DNA of 61,560 nucleotides, the filler included, from Sluysia triapertura (lineage: Eukaryota), in NCBI GenBank assembly GCA_046118255.1. It is 4 parts of 4 records of this genome, joined end to end, with 100 filler letters (N's around TTAATTAATTAA, not from the genome) between each part and the next. Parts side by side here need not be neighbours in the genome. Positions count along the whole stretch, not along the records: positions 1 to 12,429 come from JBJNIA010110645.1; 3 more parts are not named here. The stretch is one strand, 5' to 3'. A program made the translations under genes and the position numbers. Below the pieces are notes generated by a model, which saw nothing but the letters and a program-made list of their open reading frames with translations, was not told the origin of the DNA and did no database searches. Below, in pieces: positions 1 through 12,529 of this stretch. Every line of letters begins with the position of its first letter. Positions within the stretch are counted from its first letter, which is position 1.

Positions 1-798
1 TTCTAAAAAATATCCTTATTATTATAGTGTTGTTGTAAGTTTACTTAACGAAACTTTTAATCAAGTTATTATTATAAATATTTAACTGATCTCTAACAGT
101 TGATTATGTTTATGGTAAATTGAAATTTCAACGAGGCCTACTTTTGAAAAAGGTTCTATGTCTAATGTGTTGTTTAAATATTTGTTGCAAATCAATGGCA
201 AGAGGTTCTAAAATGGGATTATAAATCTTTAAATTAAAACTACAAGCGTTTGTTAGCAAATTAATCTGAAGAGTTTCATCAGAAAACAATTATACCAAAG
301 TTCTAAAGGTTCTGATGCCTTAACAAAATAATTAACAAAGGCAGAATACCATTTCTTTGTATTAAGTATTAAGATTTTTATTGATGTAACCATGTGAATA
401 ATTTACTGTTTTAACTGTTCAATTTAGAGATGTGCACAATCATCAAAGAGTTTGGGATATTGTCAGGATCAATTACAGTCTCGAAAACTACTGATTTTAT
501 TTTGTCCATAAGTCTTATAGATTCAGAAAAGAAGAACCAAAGCCGTCGCAAAATTATCGCACAACAAATCTTTAACTCATAACATAATTAACAAAATTCC
601 CAATCTAAATCACATATCCTAATTAAAGAGATTTAATTAATTAATGATTACATACATCTTTCAAAAGATATATGAAGAAAAAAACATTTTTATTAGTTAT
701 TATTAGCTATTTATTAGTTAATTATTAGTTATGAGAATTATTTTAGTTAATTATTTTTCAAATAATAATTTAAAATAAATTTGTTTTAAAAAATCAAT

Positions 799-1485
799 AT
801 GGCTGAAAATAATCACAATGCTATTGATACCGATGGTAAAAGTAAAAATAATAGCAACACTAATAATCTTGATGATGCTGAAAAATTGAATATCAAAACA
901 TCTTACACAATAGATGAATTGGAATCGCAAATGAAAGACTATAAAAAAGATTTTTATTGCAAATGTGATGAAATGTCTGAATTAACATATCAAAATAGTC
1001 AAACAATTGCTGATTTACAATCATTAGATGCAGAAATTGAAAAATTGGAACAACGAACCAAGCAATTAATAAAAAACAAACAAGAAATGGAATTAGAACT
1101 GGATGAATTATCAGAAAAATTAGCTCTAACTCGTCAACTAACGAATAATTATAGTACCAACAAAGAAATGTTATTTTCTCAAGCTAAAGATCATTTAGAA
1201 TATAATGCTGAATACTTTCATTTAATTATTAAACCGTATTTTAACTATGATGGTTTTGAAATTATTTTTAATAATTCATTACCTTCCAGTGATGTTGATG
1301 ATTCTAACAATTTCATTGGATTTGTTAATTTGAAAATTGATGAGGAATTGGGATTTGTACTGGACAAATGTGAACCTGATTTTGAAAAAATTAAGGATTT
1401 AATTGACGATTTAAACGATACTTTTGATTGGAAATCATTTATTATTTTATGTCGAAAACATTTCGATGAAGTTAAGAATGTATGA
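799..1485 (+). CDS. SPC25: Kinetochore protein Spc25 (Ndc80 complex), single exon
   Basis: 228 aa ORF. N-terminal coiled coil, then an RWD-like tail 'FVLDKCEPDFEKIKDLIDDLNDTFDWKSFIILCRKHF' matching the Spc25 C-terminal pattern (C.P....l..l...LN.t.d...F....R..F). Confidence 0.8.
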   Translation: MAENNHNAIDTDGKSKNNSNTNNLDDAEKLNIKTSYTIDELESQMKDYKKDFYCKCDEMSELTYQNSQTIADLQSLDAEIEKLEQRTKQLIKNKQEMELELDELSEKLALTRQLTNNYSTNKEMLFSQAKDHLEYNAEYFHLIIKPYFNYDGFEIIFNNSLPSSDVDDSNNFIGFVNLKIDEELGFVLDKCEPDFEKIKDLIDDLNDTFDWKSFIILCRKHFDEVKNV

Positions 1486-1716
1486 ATGTTTTATTGTTGA
1501 TAAATTATTTTGTTTAAATTAGTTATAACAATTTATAAAAATAGAATCGATGATTAATTTATGTATTTTTATCCCATTACTGCAATTGCCAAAACCGTTG
1601 AATTTACATTAATATCAGGTTAAAATAAAAACCATACATTTAAATTAAAATAATTGTTTCAGTTTTAAGGTAAAATCATTAAATTCATTTGAGTCCTCAA
1701 CAATTTATATTCCGCG

Positions 1717-2200
1717 ATAATAATAATATATTAATTTATATTGCGCTCATATTTACTGCGAAAGTACTCAAAAGCGCTTAAGGTAAATCATTCACTATAA
1801 TATTTTTGAAACAGAAACAACTTTGCCTTTTTCTTAAATATTTCATAATCTTCCAGTAATTCTCTGGTAACTGGTTGTATATTTTTTGAAACATAAACGG
1901 TATACAACCTATCACCTAGCTTATTATCACTGTGGATTCTGTATAGATTATTATGTCCCAATGAAATATTCATATTTGTTCTAATTTTTGTATTATTTCT
2001 AAAAGATATTCAGGATTTCCGTAATGTAATCATTTGTAGATTATTGTCATGATTTTAAATTCTATTGGCAACCAATGTAATACCCTAAGATAAGGTGTTA
2101 TGTGAAATTTTCTTCCAACTTAGAGAATCAGTCTAAAACCTAAAAACATATGCTCTTATCTTCTAAAAACATCTGAAATTTTTAAATATGTAACTGCTAT
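1717..2200 (-). mobile_element. Degenerate L2/CR1-clade LINE 3' end
   Basis: Minus-strand translation HITPYLRVLHWLPIEFKIMTIIYK*LHYGNPEYL, then FKKKAKLFLF. Followed by an L2-type 3' UTR (AAGCGCTTTTGAG...GAGCGCAATATAAAT) and a short (TAT)n tail. Confidence 0.8.
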
Positions 2201-2277
2201 ATTTGTATTTTCTAATGTATTTTCTGTTTTAATATAGAAGTTGAAACGAAGTTAAATTTTATAATTAATTTTCAAAC

Positions 2278-4013
2278 CTTCTCCTAATTGATCATTACAT
2301 TGAGCCAATAAAGATATTTCTGTCCAACCCAAAGCAAGATTAATTTGCATTTGGCCTTCACATTGATGTTGTAGACCAATTCGTCTCTAGATTAATAATA
2401 CATTTTATTTTGATAAGTTATTAAAATATAAACCATGTCTTAATTATTTCATATCATATACCCAATTTGTTATTTTTGTTATACTTCATAAAATGGACTA
2501 ACCGGAGATCGAACCCGGGACCTCTCGCTGCGCAATTCGACGCTCTGCCACTGAGCTATCAGCCCCGTCGAACAATTTTTAGATTACTATATTCAATTAT
2601 ACGGAATGGCACCTTAGGCCTATATCTCAACATTTTAGTAGTAGATGAAGCAGACATAGATAGAGAAGATACGTTCAGATTTAAGGTCAAGATTATAAGA
2701 CGTTGCTTTGAGTTTAAATAATCAATTTTCAACCTAATATTAAAATAGTATATCATTTTAAAGATGGCGATCTATGTTTTTGTTTTAATGCTTCACTTGT
2801 TTATTTATTTAATTGAATGATTAATATTTGAATTTGAATTTGAAATGTGTCAACTTTAATCTACACTGTAATCAGAAGCTATTATGATTGATAGTTTTAT
2901 TTCTTATAAAAGTAAAGATTGATATTTAAATAATGTTAAGTATGTACATTTTTGCCATGCACATTTTGAATGATAAATATATTAATTTGAATTAAAATAT
3001 TATTTTTTTCTTTTTTCGAAAATTGTACAAAACACATTATTTGATATATTAACTCATTTTATGGATTTAATTGGAACATTTTTCATATTTTGAAAATATA
3101 TTTCATTTATTTTTGAACATCTGTTCAATATACTTTGCAGAAATGTTTCGTTTAAAGTAAGAAATGAAAATGAGAGATTTTCCATGAAGTAAGGAATGAA
3201 TTGTTGACCTATTTCAAAAACAAGGAATATATATAACTGAAAAAAATCTGCAAAACACCTCATAGTCAAGTGGAAAAGACAACTATCATTCAGAATTTAC
3301 CCATTCGATTCTACATTCCAAGCTATTGCTACGCTTATGACACTCGAATAAAGGCAGTGTTACGTTTTTTAAAAAAATTTTAAAACATAAAACACAATTT
3401 AGTTCTGATGTTGTAGTTGGTTCTATTTGTCTTGTTACTTTTAAATTATTATTAGTAGAAGTAACTGCATTTTTTATTTAATGACCAAAAAGTATTTCTA
3501 TATTATGCATTTGAAAAATTTGAAGTTTCATCTTTTATTTCACTTTAAAATTCCAGGTAAACAAGGATCTTTATTTCAAATAAAATCATGAACTAAATGA
3601 GCACCAATACTTTTTAAAAACGATAAAACTAATGATTCATCATAAATAAACGAATATCAATAGTAAGTGTAAAAATTTTATTTTAATAGTTATGTATAAA
3701 ATTTACTTTTAAAATTTATGTACAATAAAATTTACTTTTGTTTTAAGGAACATATTTTGACCCAAATCTTTATATTTTTTAATTTTTTCTATATCATTAT
3801 CGTTTAAATTTAAATTATAATTTTTAACGAATTCATCTGTTATTTCATAGGGATTTCTAAACTAATAAACTTAATATTAAAACCAGACTTTCTGACAGTT
3901 AATGGTTTTTTATTATTATCAATATCTTCTTTTAATCTAGACTGCAATTCCAATCTTTGACTATGTGATATTATTCCAAAACGATGAATCACTGGAATTT
4001 TAATAACTTGCAT
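2278..4013 (-). CDS. TMEM232: TMEM232-like protein, first three exons (4013-3889, 3856-3736, 2386-2278); continues left of the window
   Basis: GT-AG splicing in consistent phase gives MQVIKIPVIHRFGIISHSQRLEL...KNPYEITDEFVKNYN...KTK/RRIGLQHQCEGQMQINLALGWTEISLLAQCNDQLGE. This matches the TMEM232 N-terminal motifs KFGII and AWTE..LAQC. The first intron is 32 nt. Confidence 0.75.
2494..2565 (-). pseudogene. tRNA-derived sequence (Cys/Ala-like head, broken anticodon arm); tRNA pseudogene or SINE-like head, copy 1
   Basis: 72 nt GGGCTGATAGCTCAGTGGCAGAGC...GGTTCGATCTCCGGTTAGTCCA. A and B boxes are intact and the acceptor and D stems pair; the anticodon stem does not. Confidence 0.75.
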
Positions 4014-4515
4014 ATTTTGAAAAGTTAATAAATTTAAATTAACGCAATCAAGTTAGTAAGGAGATCATAAAACTTAAACAATGTGATTTTATTTTTATCT
4101 TTTAAGTACATTTAATAACAAATTAAAAAAGCAGGGACATTTATTTTTAGAATTTAAATTACGTAATAAAAGAAAATAATTTTTTTTAAAAAAAGAAATC
4201 TATTTATAGTAATTTCATCTTCAATATAAATACTTTTTTATTTTTTATTAATCCTCTTCTGAAATTTTATGTGCTTTATACCAAAATACTTAGAAGGAGT
4301 AATAAAATAATATAAAGATTTTTCATTTGTTTAACTAAATCCAATTATCAAAAATTTATCAAATATTCAAATATTGTGTTTATCATCCTTAAATTCTGTT
4401 TAACTTCAATAATTCAGTTTAACTAAGTACAAAATAACTATGATTGACTTTAATAAATCGCCATTCAGGTTTTTGCTCTATTTATTTACTTGGATACTAA
4501 TTTTGAAAATTTTCG

Positions 4516-6213
4516 ATGGGACGCAAGAAAATTGAAATCAAACGAATTGGAGAAGAAAGAACTCGTCAAGTTACTTTTGCGAAACGTAAAAGTGGTTTAA
4601 TTAAGAAAGCTTGTGAATTGAGTGTATTGTGTGATTGTGAAATTGCATTGATTATCCTTAATAATAATAACAGACTTTATCAATATGCTAGTAGTGATAT
4701 GGATACGATTTTGTTGTGGTATACTCAGTACGAAGAACCCCATGAATCTAAAACGAATAAAGAACTACAAGACATGTCTTGGAATCCTAAGAAACCCGAT
4801 TCTAATCAGTCTGATGATGATGATAATGACAATGACGAACTACCTAACCTTAAAATAGAAGGATTAAATGCTGATTTAGAACATATTAATGCGGTGTCAG
4901 TTAATATAGATTCGACATCAATTGCGAAAATTGCATTAGATAGTAGTGGTATTAATTCAATAACTTCTAATCATATATATCAAGATAGTGATCGAAATTC
5001 TCAATGTTTAATTGTATCTCATGATCAAATATATAGCATAGTTGCAATTACGCCAAACCAAAATGTTGCTTATGTGGTTAATAATGTGTCTGGTCATTAT
5101 TGTTCGGCATTAATTACTTATGGAAGTACAAAATTGAATAGTGGCTCAAGTAATCATTACGAAATCAAATTTATAAATATCGAACTAAAATTTAGTTGTG
5201 TAATTTTATGTAAAAGGGATAATAATAGAAATGGCAATTTGGACGAAAAAAATGTCGAATTAGTTAATCAAAATAATTTTACAACCGAACATAATAATCA
5301 AAACGGTGATTCTGATTACAGCAATCTTGTTGATGAACAACTCAAGAAAAAGGTAGTGTGTCAACATAATCAAACCTACGTTGAAGTAAACGACGAATCA
5401 ATTGATGAGAAAATGGAAGAAGGTGATGAAGATTACGAAGATAATTGTAAGTCGAAAGAGCAGCTTCTTTCCTCGTTGATTTCAAATAATGGCGAAGATA
5501 TCAAAAGTAATAATTTAACATTAAATTTTATTTATATTTTTGTTAATAGTGATTATTTATATTTTATTTATTGTAGGACTTTTAGTTTATCCTATAACGA
5601 AACTAGATCCTGGGAAGGAGAGATTCTGCACCTTTTAAATTCATCAATAAAGTGTACAATTTTAGATAAATTTCAAATTTTAATAAATTACTACATTAAA
5701 CGTGTTAGACTTTCTTATTTCTATCATATAGATAAAAATGTTAATTTGAATAATAAAAAAATACAGAAAGATGTTAAAACGAATAACAAAAAAGCTAACA
5801 AAGATGTTAAGTTATACAACAAACAAAAGTTTAATAAAGTCGTTAAGGAAATTGAGCATAGCGTTGATGTAGAAAAATCGCAAGAGCACAATGACGAAGT
5901 TGAAGTCGAATTTTCACATGACGAAATGACTTTTGATAGCGATGATATATGTAGTTCAGATAAAGTTCAATTCTATAAAATTCTAAAGGCCTTCCATCTA
6001 GTACAGTCCAACATTAGGATATCTCAATTATTGAATTTTAATTACACTATAAGCAAACATAACATTCCAAAGTTTAAACTTTATCAATATTGTTATTTTG
6101 TATATAAATTTAAGCCCTCAAAGTCTTTTATAACTTTTAATCATAATAAATCCAAAACAACAATACTCCTCCCCATAATTATTAATACAGTGAACTTATC
6201 TTTATTATTTTGA
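4516..6213 (+). CDS. MEF2: MEF2-type MADS-box transcription factor, divergent; true 3' exon structure uncertain
   Basis: N-terminal 84 aa [47 protein letters not shown]...[10 protein letters not shown]...[10 protein letters not shown] is a MADS plus MEF2 domain. Beyond ~5500 the ORF runs through intron-like and repeat-derived sequence. Confidence 0.9.
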   Translation: MGRKKIEIKRIGEERTRQVTFAKRKSGLIKKACELSVLCDCEIALIILNNNNRLYQYASSDMDTILLWYTQYEEPHESKTNKELQDMSWNPKKPDSNQSDDDDNDNDELPNLKIEGLNADLEHINAVSVNIDSTSIAKIALDSSGINSITSNHIYQDSDRNSQCLIVSHDQIYSIVAITPNQNVAYVVNNVSGHYCSALITYGSTKLNSGSSNHYEIKFINIELKFSCVILCKRDNNRNGNLDEKNVELVNQNNFTTEHNNQNGDSDYSNLVDEQLKKKVVCQHNQTYVEVNDESIDEKMEEGDEDYEDNCKSKEQLLSSLISNNGEDIKSNNLTLNFIYIFVNSDYLYFIYCRTFSLSYNETRSWEGEILHLLNSSIKCTILDKFQILINYYIKRVRLSYFYHIDKNVNLNNKKIQKDVKTNNKKANKDVKLYNKQKFNKVVKEIEHSVDVEKSQEHNDEVEVEFSHDEMTFDSDDICSSDKVQFYKILKAFHLVQSNIRISQLLNFNYTISKHNIPKFKLYQYCYFVYKFKPSKSFITFNHNKSKTTILLPIIINTVNLSLLF

Positions 6214-6605
6214 ACGAAGATTTTATTTCTCAACCATTTTAAAGATTTTATACATTTCGTGAGATTACTTAAAGATTTCAAATGCTTATCGATATTCCTG
6301 GAAAACTTAAAGGTTACTAAGGTTTTCAATGACTCAAAAGTTCTGAAGTTCAAAGGTACCCTAATGCTTCTAAAGTTTTTCAAGTCTATCTCAAGCTTCT
6401 ATATGGTCTCAAACCCTTACATAGGTCTTTGTAACTCCAAGGTATTCTTTAACTTTTAACATTATTATAAATATTTTTACTTTCATGATTCTTATTCCAA
6501 CAATGTTTATAATGTTCAATCCATCACTTTGTATCCGTTCTTTCTTCATTTTAATTCTATATGTTTCTCAGGCACTTTCTAATACAGAGTAGGGCAATCC
6601 CAACA
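5950..6605. mobile_element. Solo-LTR-like repeat, copy 1 (TGTAG...CCAACA, 656 bp)
   Basis: 6175-6605 aligns by eye with 8905-9338 (direct) and 27751-28135 (inverted). TG/CA termini. The first ~225 bp differ from the other copies. Confidence 0.6.
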
Positions 6606-8689
6606 ATTATTCTAGTCGGACTGAGTAAACCTTGTATTAGAATTGATTTTCTTATTTATTTAAAAGTTTACTTAACTCGTTTATAGCTTCACGTTATTAT
6701 GTTCTATGGCTATAATTATTAATCTATTATTTGATTTATATTTAGAAATATAATATTTGTTTTATTTGATAATATTAATATGGTTAAATTTTATTTTGAC
6801 TAATAATTATTTCAGAAAAGTAAAAATTAATTTATATCAATGTTGCGTCTTTGAAAATTAGAAAATTATTAAAAATAAATATCAATTTAATTAGCTTAAA
6901 ATTAATCTCAATTATTTAAATATGCACTAGATAAATTTCCAATAATTCTCATATTTAATATCAATAATTATTTGCCCTAAAATTAAGCTCTTGGAAATCA
7001 AATCAATAACAATAACACAACAATTTACTGGTTAAATAAAAATCAATTACAAATTAGTATTATTATAAATCCCTAGTAAGCAGTACTAAAAATGATTGAA
7101 ATTACGAAATTAACAATAATGTTTATAATAGTGTCAGGGATATAACAATCTATCAAAAGAAACGAGAGGTGACGCAACACTAAGAAAAATATTAACTATT
7201 ATTCACGATTATCAAATATAAAACTTTCAACAAAATACAAGAACAACAACTATTTTAATAAAATCCTCCAAAAAATAATATTATTTTTAATTATAAAATA
7301 AATTCAAAAATTACTTAAAGAATGGATCTTTTCATTTGCATTACTAATTGTTATTATTGTATTGTTGTAGTTGTTGTTGCGTTGTGAGATAAACTTTTTA
7401 AGTTTTCCTTTTTATATTTTCTCATCATCCAATAATTTCCAATTTTGTTATTAAACATTTTCTTACACATATTACTGCAACATCCTTTGAGAATTAATCC
7501 GACAATGATAACTGTGACACTGATATAGTACAGACTGTCAAACTTTATTAGATACGATATGACTACGAAATGATTTTGTCAAGTATTATGCAATTGATTT
7601 TAGTACCAGAGACTACAACTATACAAGGAATTGATCAACATATCGTGCCATTATCAAGATACACGGATAAAGTCACAGACAAATTTTATCAATGTTTATG
7701 TAATTTCAATTCTGTTAGTTTTAAATTGATTTGTTTGTCTAATTACTTTTTAGCTAATCAAGGAAACTATCGGATCTTGAAATGGCAGCGAATCAAGTAT
7801 AATGGTCATAATGATGCAGATACTTTTCTTTTTCAAATTCATGTCCACATTTTTATATATAATAGGATCTTAGTTTTAGTTTATCAATTTTACATTGAAA
7901 TTTCAATTATGGGTTTAAAAAATAATTTCAGATATAGATTTAAGATACATTATTATTTGAGTTATTCTGAAAATTACCATGAGAATTTTAAGAAAATTTA
8001 AAGTATAACAACAATAAAATTAAATAAAGTGATAAATATGTTCCTTCACCAATCAATAAACCCTGAATTAAATATTTATCCATTAAATTCATCATACGTA
8101 TCCATTGTTTTTAAAATACCGCTTAGTAGTATCTTTCGTAATAAAATTAATAATACGTCCTCAAATCCAGCTTACACTTTAAAGATAAGTATTAAGTTTA
8201 GAAATTCAGTCTCAAAACTCCGTTCAAAATACTATTCAACACTCACATCAACAGTACCAATACCCATATGATTTACGATTATGTTCCTTTACTCTACTCA
8301 ATCTAATTTTACTAAAATTAATTTTCACATTAAAATAACTATCATTATTATTAGAAACATACATAAAAATAAGAAATCCAATTTTATTTTTCAAAATTTA
8401 ATTGATTACTGGTTTTTCACACCCAATTTTCTAATGAAAAATGTTTTAAGCTTCTTATTCTCAAACAAACCACTCTACAAATATTTCAAACTCAATTCTA
8501 GATTCTCCTCTTCCATAACAATCATTTCATATTCCATTCATTACATTTGCATCACTCTAAGTATAAAATATTCAACATTCCATAATTAAAAATTAATTAA
8601 AATTTGACTTTGCTCAGTATTAAGGCATTCTTTGCATGAACTTAGTCAAACCATATCTTTATCGAAAGGTCTTTAATTTAACACTTAAT

Positions 8690-9338
8690 TGTAGCATTTC
8701 GCATTCAAAAGTTATTCACAAAAACGTTTTTTTCTTAATTATGTTAATTAAGATTTTTGATTAATTAATCTATTTTTAGACTTAATCTTATTTTATGTTT
8801 AACGGTTTTATTAAGGTCCTAAAGTTATTTAGTAGTTTGTAAGGCATTTAGGAGTCTCTAGATATTTTCACCTTTACCTCTCTGCTTCCTTTTCTACTTC
8901 TTCATGTTAATTATTGCTATACTAGATTTATGCTTAATATCAATAACAATGATTTTATTTCTCAATCATTTTAAAGATTTTAAATACTTTATAAGATTAA
9001 TAAAGGATTGCAAATGCTCATCGATGTTCTAAAATACTTAAAGGTTACTAAGGTCTTTAATGATCTAAAGGTTCTAAAGTTCAAAGGTACCTTAATCCTT
9101 TTAATGGTTTTTCAAGTTTATCTCAAGCGTCCACAAGGTCTCAAACCCTTATATAGGTCTTTGGGCCCTTAAGATATTATTTAGCCGTTAACATCATTAT
9201 AAATGTTTTCTTTTTCATGATTCTTATTTCAACAATGTTTATAATATTCAATTCATCACTTGTATCAGTTCTTCCTTGATTTTATAGTTCTATATGTTTC
9301 TTACTCATCTCTTGATCTACAGTTTGACAATTCCAACA
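8690..9338. mobile_element. Solo-LTR-like repeat, copy 2 (TGTAG...CCAACA, 649 bp)
   Basis: Aligns end to end with the reverse complement of 27751-28345, and over its 3' two thirds with copy 1. Confidence 0.7.
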
Positions 9339-10869
9339 TCAAAATGTCTTGAAATAAAATAAATATTTATCAATCAGTATTATGTGTATCTATTTATGCT
9401 ATGGTGGTGGTTCGCTTCATAATTCAGAATTTTACATTACTCTATTCGCACACAAAAACAAAAATCACTCACTCAATTAAACAATCCATCACAAAAACAC
9501 CAACATTTTATATCCCGACCTTATCAGTTGTCATTACCTATTTGAAAAGTTCTATCTTTTCAAACCTTTAGCATATAGTATAGAAATGTTAACAATAATG
9601 TTTTTATTGTTTCATTCTCGCCTTTCTTTATTGTGATTATTCTGTTCTTAACTATCTAATTCCTCCATTCTTGTTATACTTCATTTTTATGTTTCTTTTT
9701 GTAATTTGTTTTATCTATTTTATGTCAGAGTGAATGAATGATTATTGTATAAAAATACATACAACATGATGAATATAATAATACTGTTAGGTTTTGTTTT
9801 TTAATAAGTTAGTATGAAGTATTTATTTTCAAAAAAACCTCTAGACTCGTAAGGACTTATCCGACAATTAAATATATCTTATATCGCTATGATTCGACTG
9901 GTAAATGTATTTATTATTTATCTTTCTCAATCTATATTTATTAGATATTAATTATATTATCGATATCAGGAGATCGGAGCTCTTATACCCGTTCCGATAT
10001 TCGGGAATGGAAGCGCTAATAGTTGATCTGTCAAAGAAACTCTTTAAAACAATTTTATTCTCAACTTACTCGTAATAATAAAACGAACAAATTAACTAAA
10101 CTATTTATTAATGATTACAATATATTTTTAACGTATAAAAAATACAAGAAAGTGTATTATAAAATTTAATCACTTTTGTATAATCAGTAGCTGGAAATAT
10201 TGTCAATTGTATCGATATATGTATATATATAAACTGATAATGGTCAATAAATAACTAGATTCCTGATGATTGTCTGCTATTCTCCGAAAACGACTATCAA
10301 AGTATTAAGCTATATCTATTCTTTTGTATCGTAACTTTTTTCTTTCGATTATTTTGCGTTTTATGATTTTTTGTGATGCCTTCTATACTGATATTCCATG
10401 TAATAATAGTAATTTAAATTCTTTCGCGATATTAAATATTTAAATAACGACCATAATATCCAATAACGAAGATAATAATATTCAATAACAGCGATAGTAA
10501 TAATAATAACGATAGTAATAATATTCAATAACAACGATATATAGTAATTCCTTTATATAATTTTTCTGATAACAATTATGTATATAACTTCTATAATGAA
10601 AATTTTTTAATAACAGTAATAATAATAATTCTAACTGAAATTTTCACTATACTGTTCTATTAATAATTTTGTATTCAAGTGGTAAATAATAAGAATAATA
10701 ATTATTATTATTCTTGTCCTGGATTAAATTCTATGTTTAATTATTTTATTTTATTTTATTAGTAACAATTTTAATAAATAATTTTAATAATGGATTATTT
10801 AATAATAAATGAATATTATATTATTTTATGAATAATAAATAATTTTAATAATAAATGAATATTATTTAA

Positions 10870-10871
<2 letters not shown>

Positions 10872-10917
<46 letters not shown>

Positions 10918-10923
10918 CATCAT
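10872..10923. repeat. (ATT)n microsatellite abutting the 3' end of tRNA-like element copy 2
   Basis: Directly visible trinucleotide run. Confidence 0.95.
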
Positions 10924-10927
10924 TAAA

Positions 10928-11003
10928 TGAATTGATCGGGATTCGAACACGGGCCCTCTTACAGCCGTACAATTCGATGCTCTGACCACTGAACTATCGG
11001 CCC
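10928..11003 (-). pseudogene. tRNA-derived sequence, copy 2 (more degenerate)
   Basis: GGGCCGATAGTTCAGTGGTCAGAGCATCGAATTG...GTGTTCGAATCCCGATCAATTCA, homologous to 2494-2565. About 70 bp of 5' flank is also shared. Confidence 0.7.
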
Positions 11004-11554
11004 CGTCTAACAATTTTATTTTATTATAGTCAATTATACTATCATTATTCTAAATGACACCTTAGACCTCTACCTCAACAAATGTCATTATTTAAATTCG
11101 ATATTAAATTAATGTAATGAATCTGTATAACCACTAATACCGTTACACACATACATTAACTTCTCTAATTACTTCTAATTTAAATTTATTCATAAGTTAA
11201 TAATAATAATCCTTAACTTGCGACAGGATCCGGTTACAGTGTGCAGCTTATACCCTAATGTGAGCATATCTGTAACTATAAGTGACAATTCTTGACATTA
11301 AGTTTAACTTTTAATCTCTTATCCTTCAATTTACCTTCTGTACTTTAACAGGGAGTGCCAATGTTTTATGTTTATACATTTTTGAGAAGAGATCAATTCT
11401 AAAATGAGTCTTAATAATTCACAATTTTTAGGTTGGTGCTGTTTTTTTACAAACATGAAAAATGCATACTGATCAAGAATAAAAACCATGCAAAAAATTC
11501 CAGATAACAAAATGAATTTATTAAATCATTAGAAAAAACAAATATCTCCGTCTC

Positions 11555-11710
11555 TCAATCGGTGAGATATTATCTCCACAATCGATCTAACTTCCTTCCA
11601 CCGTTGTGGCAGTTTGAAAAAACTTGGTGATTTTTGGTCGAAAAATTCTTCAATCCACATTGTTATTGCTTCTTCGTTTTCAAATGTGAGACACCAGAAA
11701 GATGGTTCGA
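11555..11710 (-). mobile_element. mariner transposase C-terminal remnant
   Basis: Translation TFENEEAITMWIEEFFDQKSPSFFKLPQRWKEV resembles the mariner C-terminus (F...eei..w...ff..k...ff..gi.kLp.RW.kv). Confidence 0.7.
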
Positions 11711-12429
11711 CATGTTGATTAAAATAGAAAAGGAGTATACGCCGGAAATGTTTATTTTTTATCTACCTGAAAGTGAAAGTTAGTCTAAAATGATTTAAAT
11801 AGATAATTTATCTGAATAAATATAACTCAAATCAGTTAAAACAAGAAGTTCGTGTGTTTTCTTTGCAACAAATAAAACCGCACGAATTTATGCAGCAACC
11901 CAATGTAATCAAAATTCTAAATATAAATTAATTATTAAATTTATTATTAATTATTAATTTTATTATTACTACTTATGTTTAATTATTGATATTACGGTAG
12001 ATATTTATATGATATATGTTTTTTACATGCTTTTTTAAAACAAATGACATAATTTAAATATTTTCAACTTAGTTTTTCATCAGATTTTAATCACCATTTA
12101 TCGCTTCTGATAATTCTATTGATTATGCCACTTCTTCGAAACAAAGATTCTTTTCAAGCGGGAAGAAGTCGAGCTGTGAGGTACTTACAAATAAAAGATG
12201 CATTAGAAAATAGAATAGAAAAGGAATGCAAGGCAACCAAATGTATTGAATAATTAACTAAACCTTTCAATGCATGGATGATCGACTAATCATTTTTAAT
12301 GTGCTTGACAAAAGTATAGGGCATCCTCTCTACTTTTGTCGTATATACAAACACAATTCATATTATAACAAATTAACAATACTATTTAATAAATAAAACA
12401 CGAATAAACTATTACTTATTTATAGTTTC

Positions 12430-12529
12430 NNNNNNNNNNNNNNNNNNNNNNNNNNNNNNNNNNNNNNNNNNNNTTAATTAATTAANNNNNNNNNNNNNNN
12501 NNNNNNNNNNNNNNNNNNNNNNNNNNNNN
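12430..12529. other. Scaffold gap with artificial TTAATTAATTAA six-frame-stop linker (same at 25044-25143 and 37592-37691; plain N gap at 17746-17935)
   Basis: The same 100-nt N/TTAATTAATTAA/N structure occurs three times. Confidence 0.95.

Noticed and set aside
2467-2756. Overlapping short ORFs, and the many other 60-100 aa Ile/Asn/Tyr-rich ORFs in the track
   Set aside because: They overlap tRNA-like or microsatellite DNA or use TTG/GTG starts in a eukaryote, and show no domain signal.
7128-7145. TAGTGTCAGGGA as a third PBS
   Set aside because: The match is short, lacks TGG and is not preceded by an LTR-like CA end.
7850-8590. Strand-skewed tracts (also ~29960-30520) as mitochondrial insertions or real ORFs
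   Set aside because: No mitochondrial protein, rRNA or tRNA motif was recognisable. Low G on one strand explains the ORFs, and the tracts resemble the LTR-like repeats.
12430-12529. TTAATTAATTAA palindrome inside N runs (three times)
   Set aside because: Artificial six-frame-stop gap linker, not biology.
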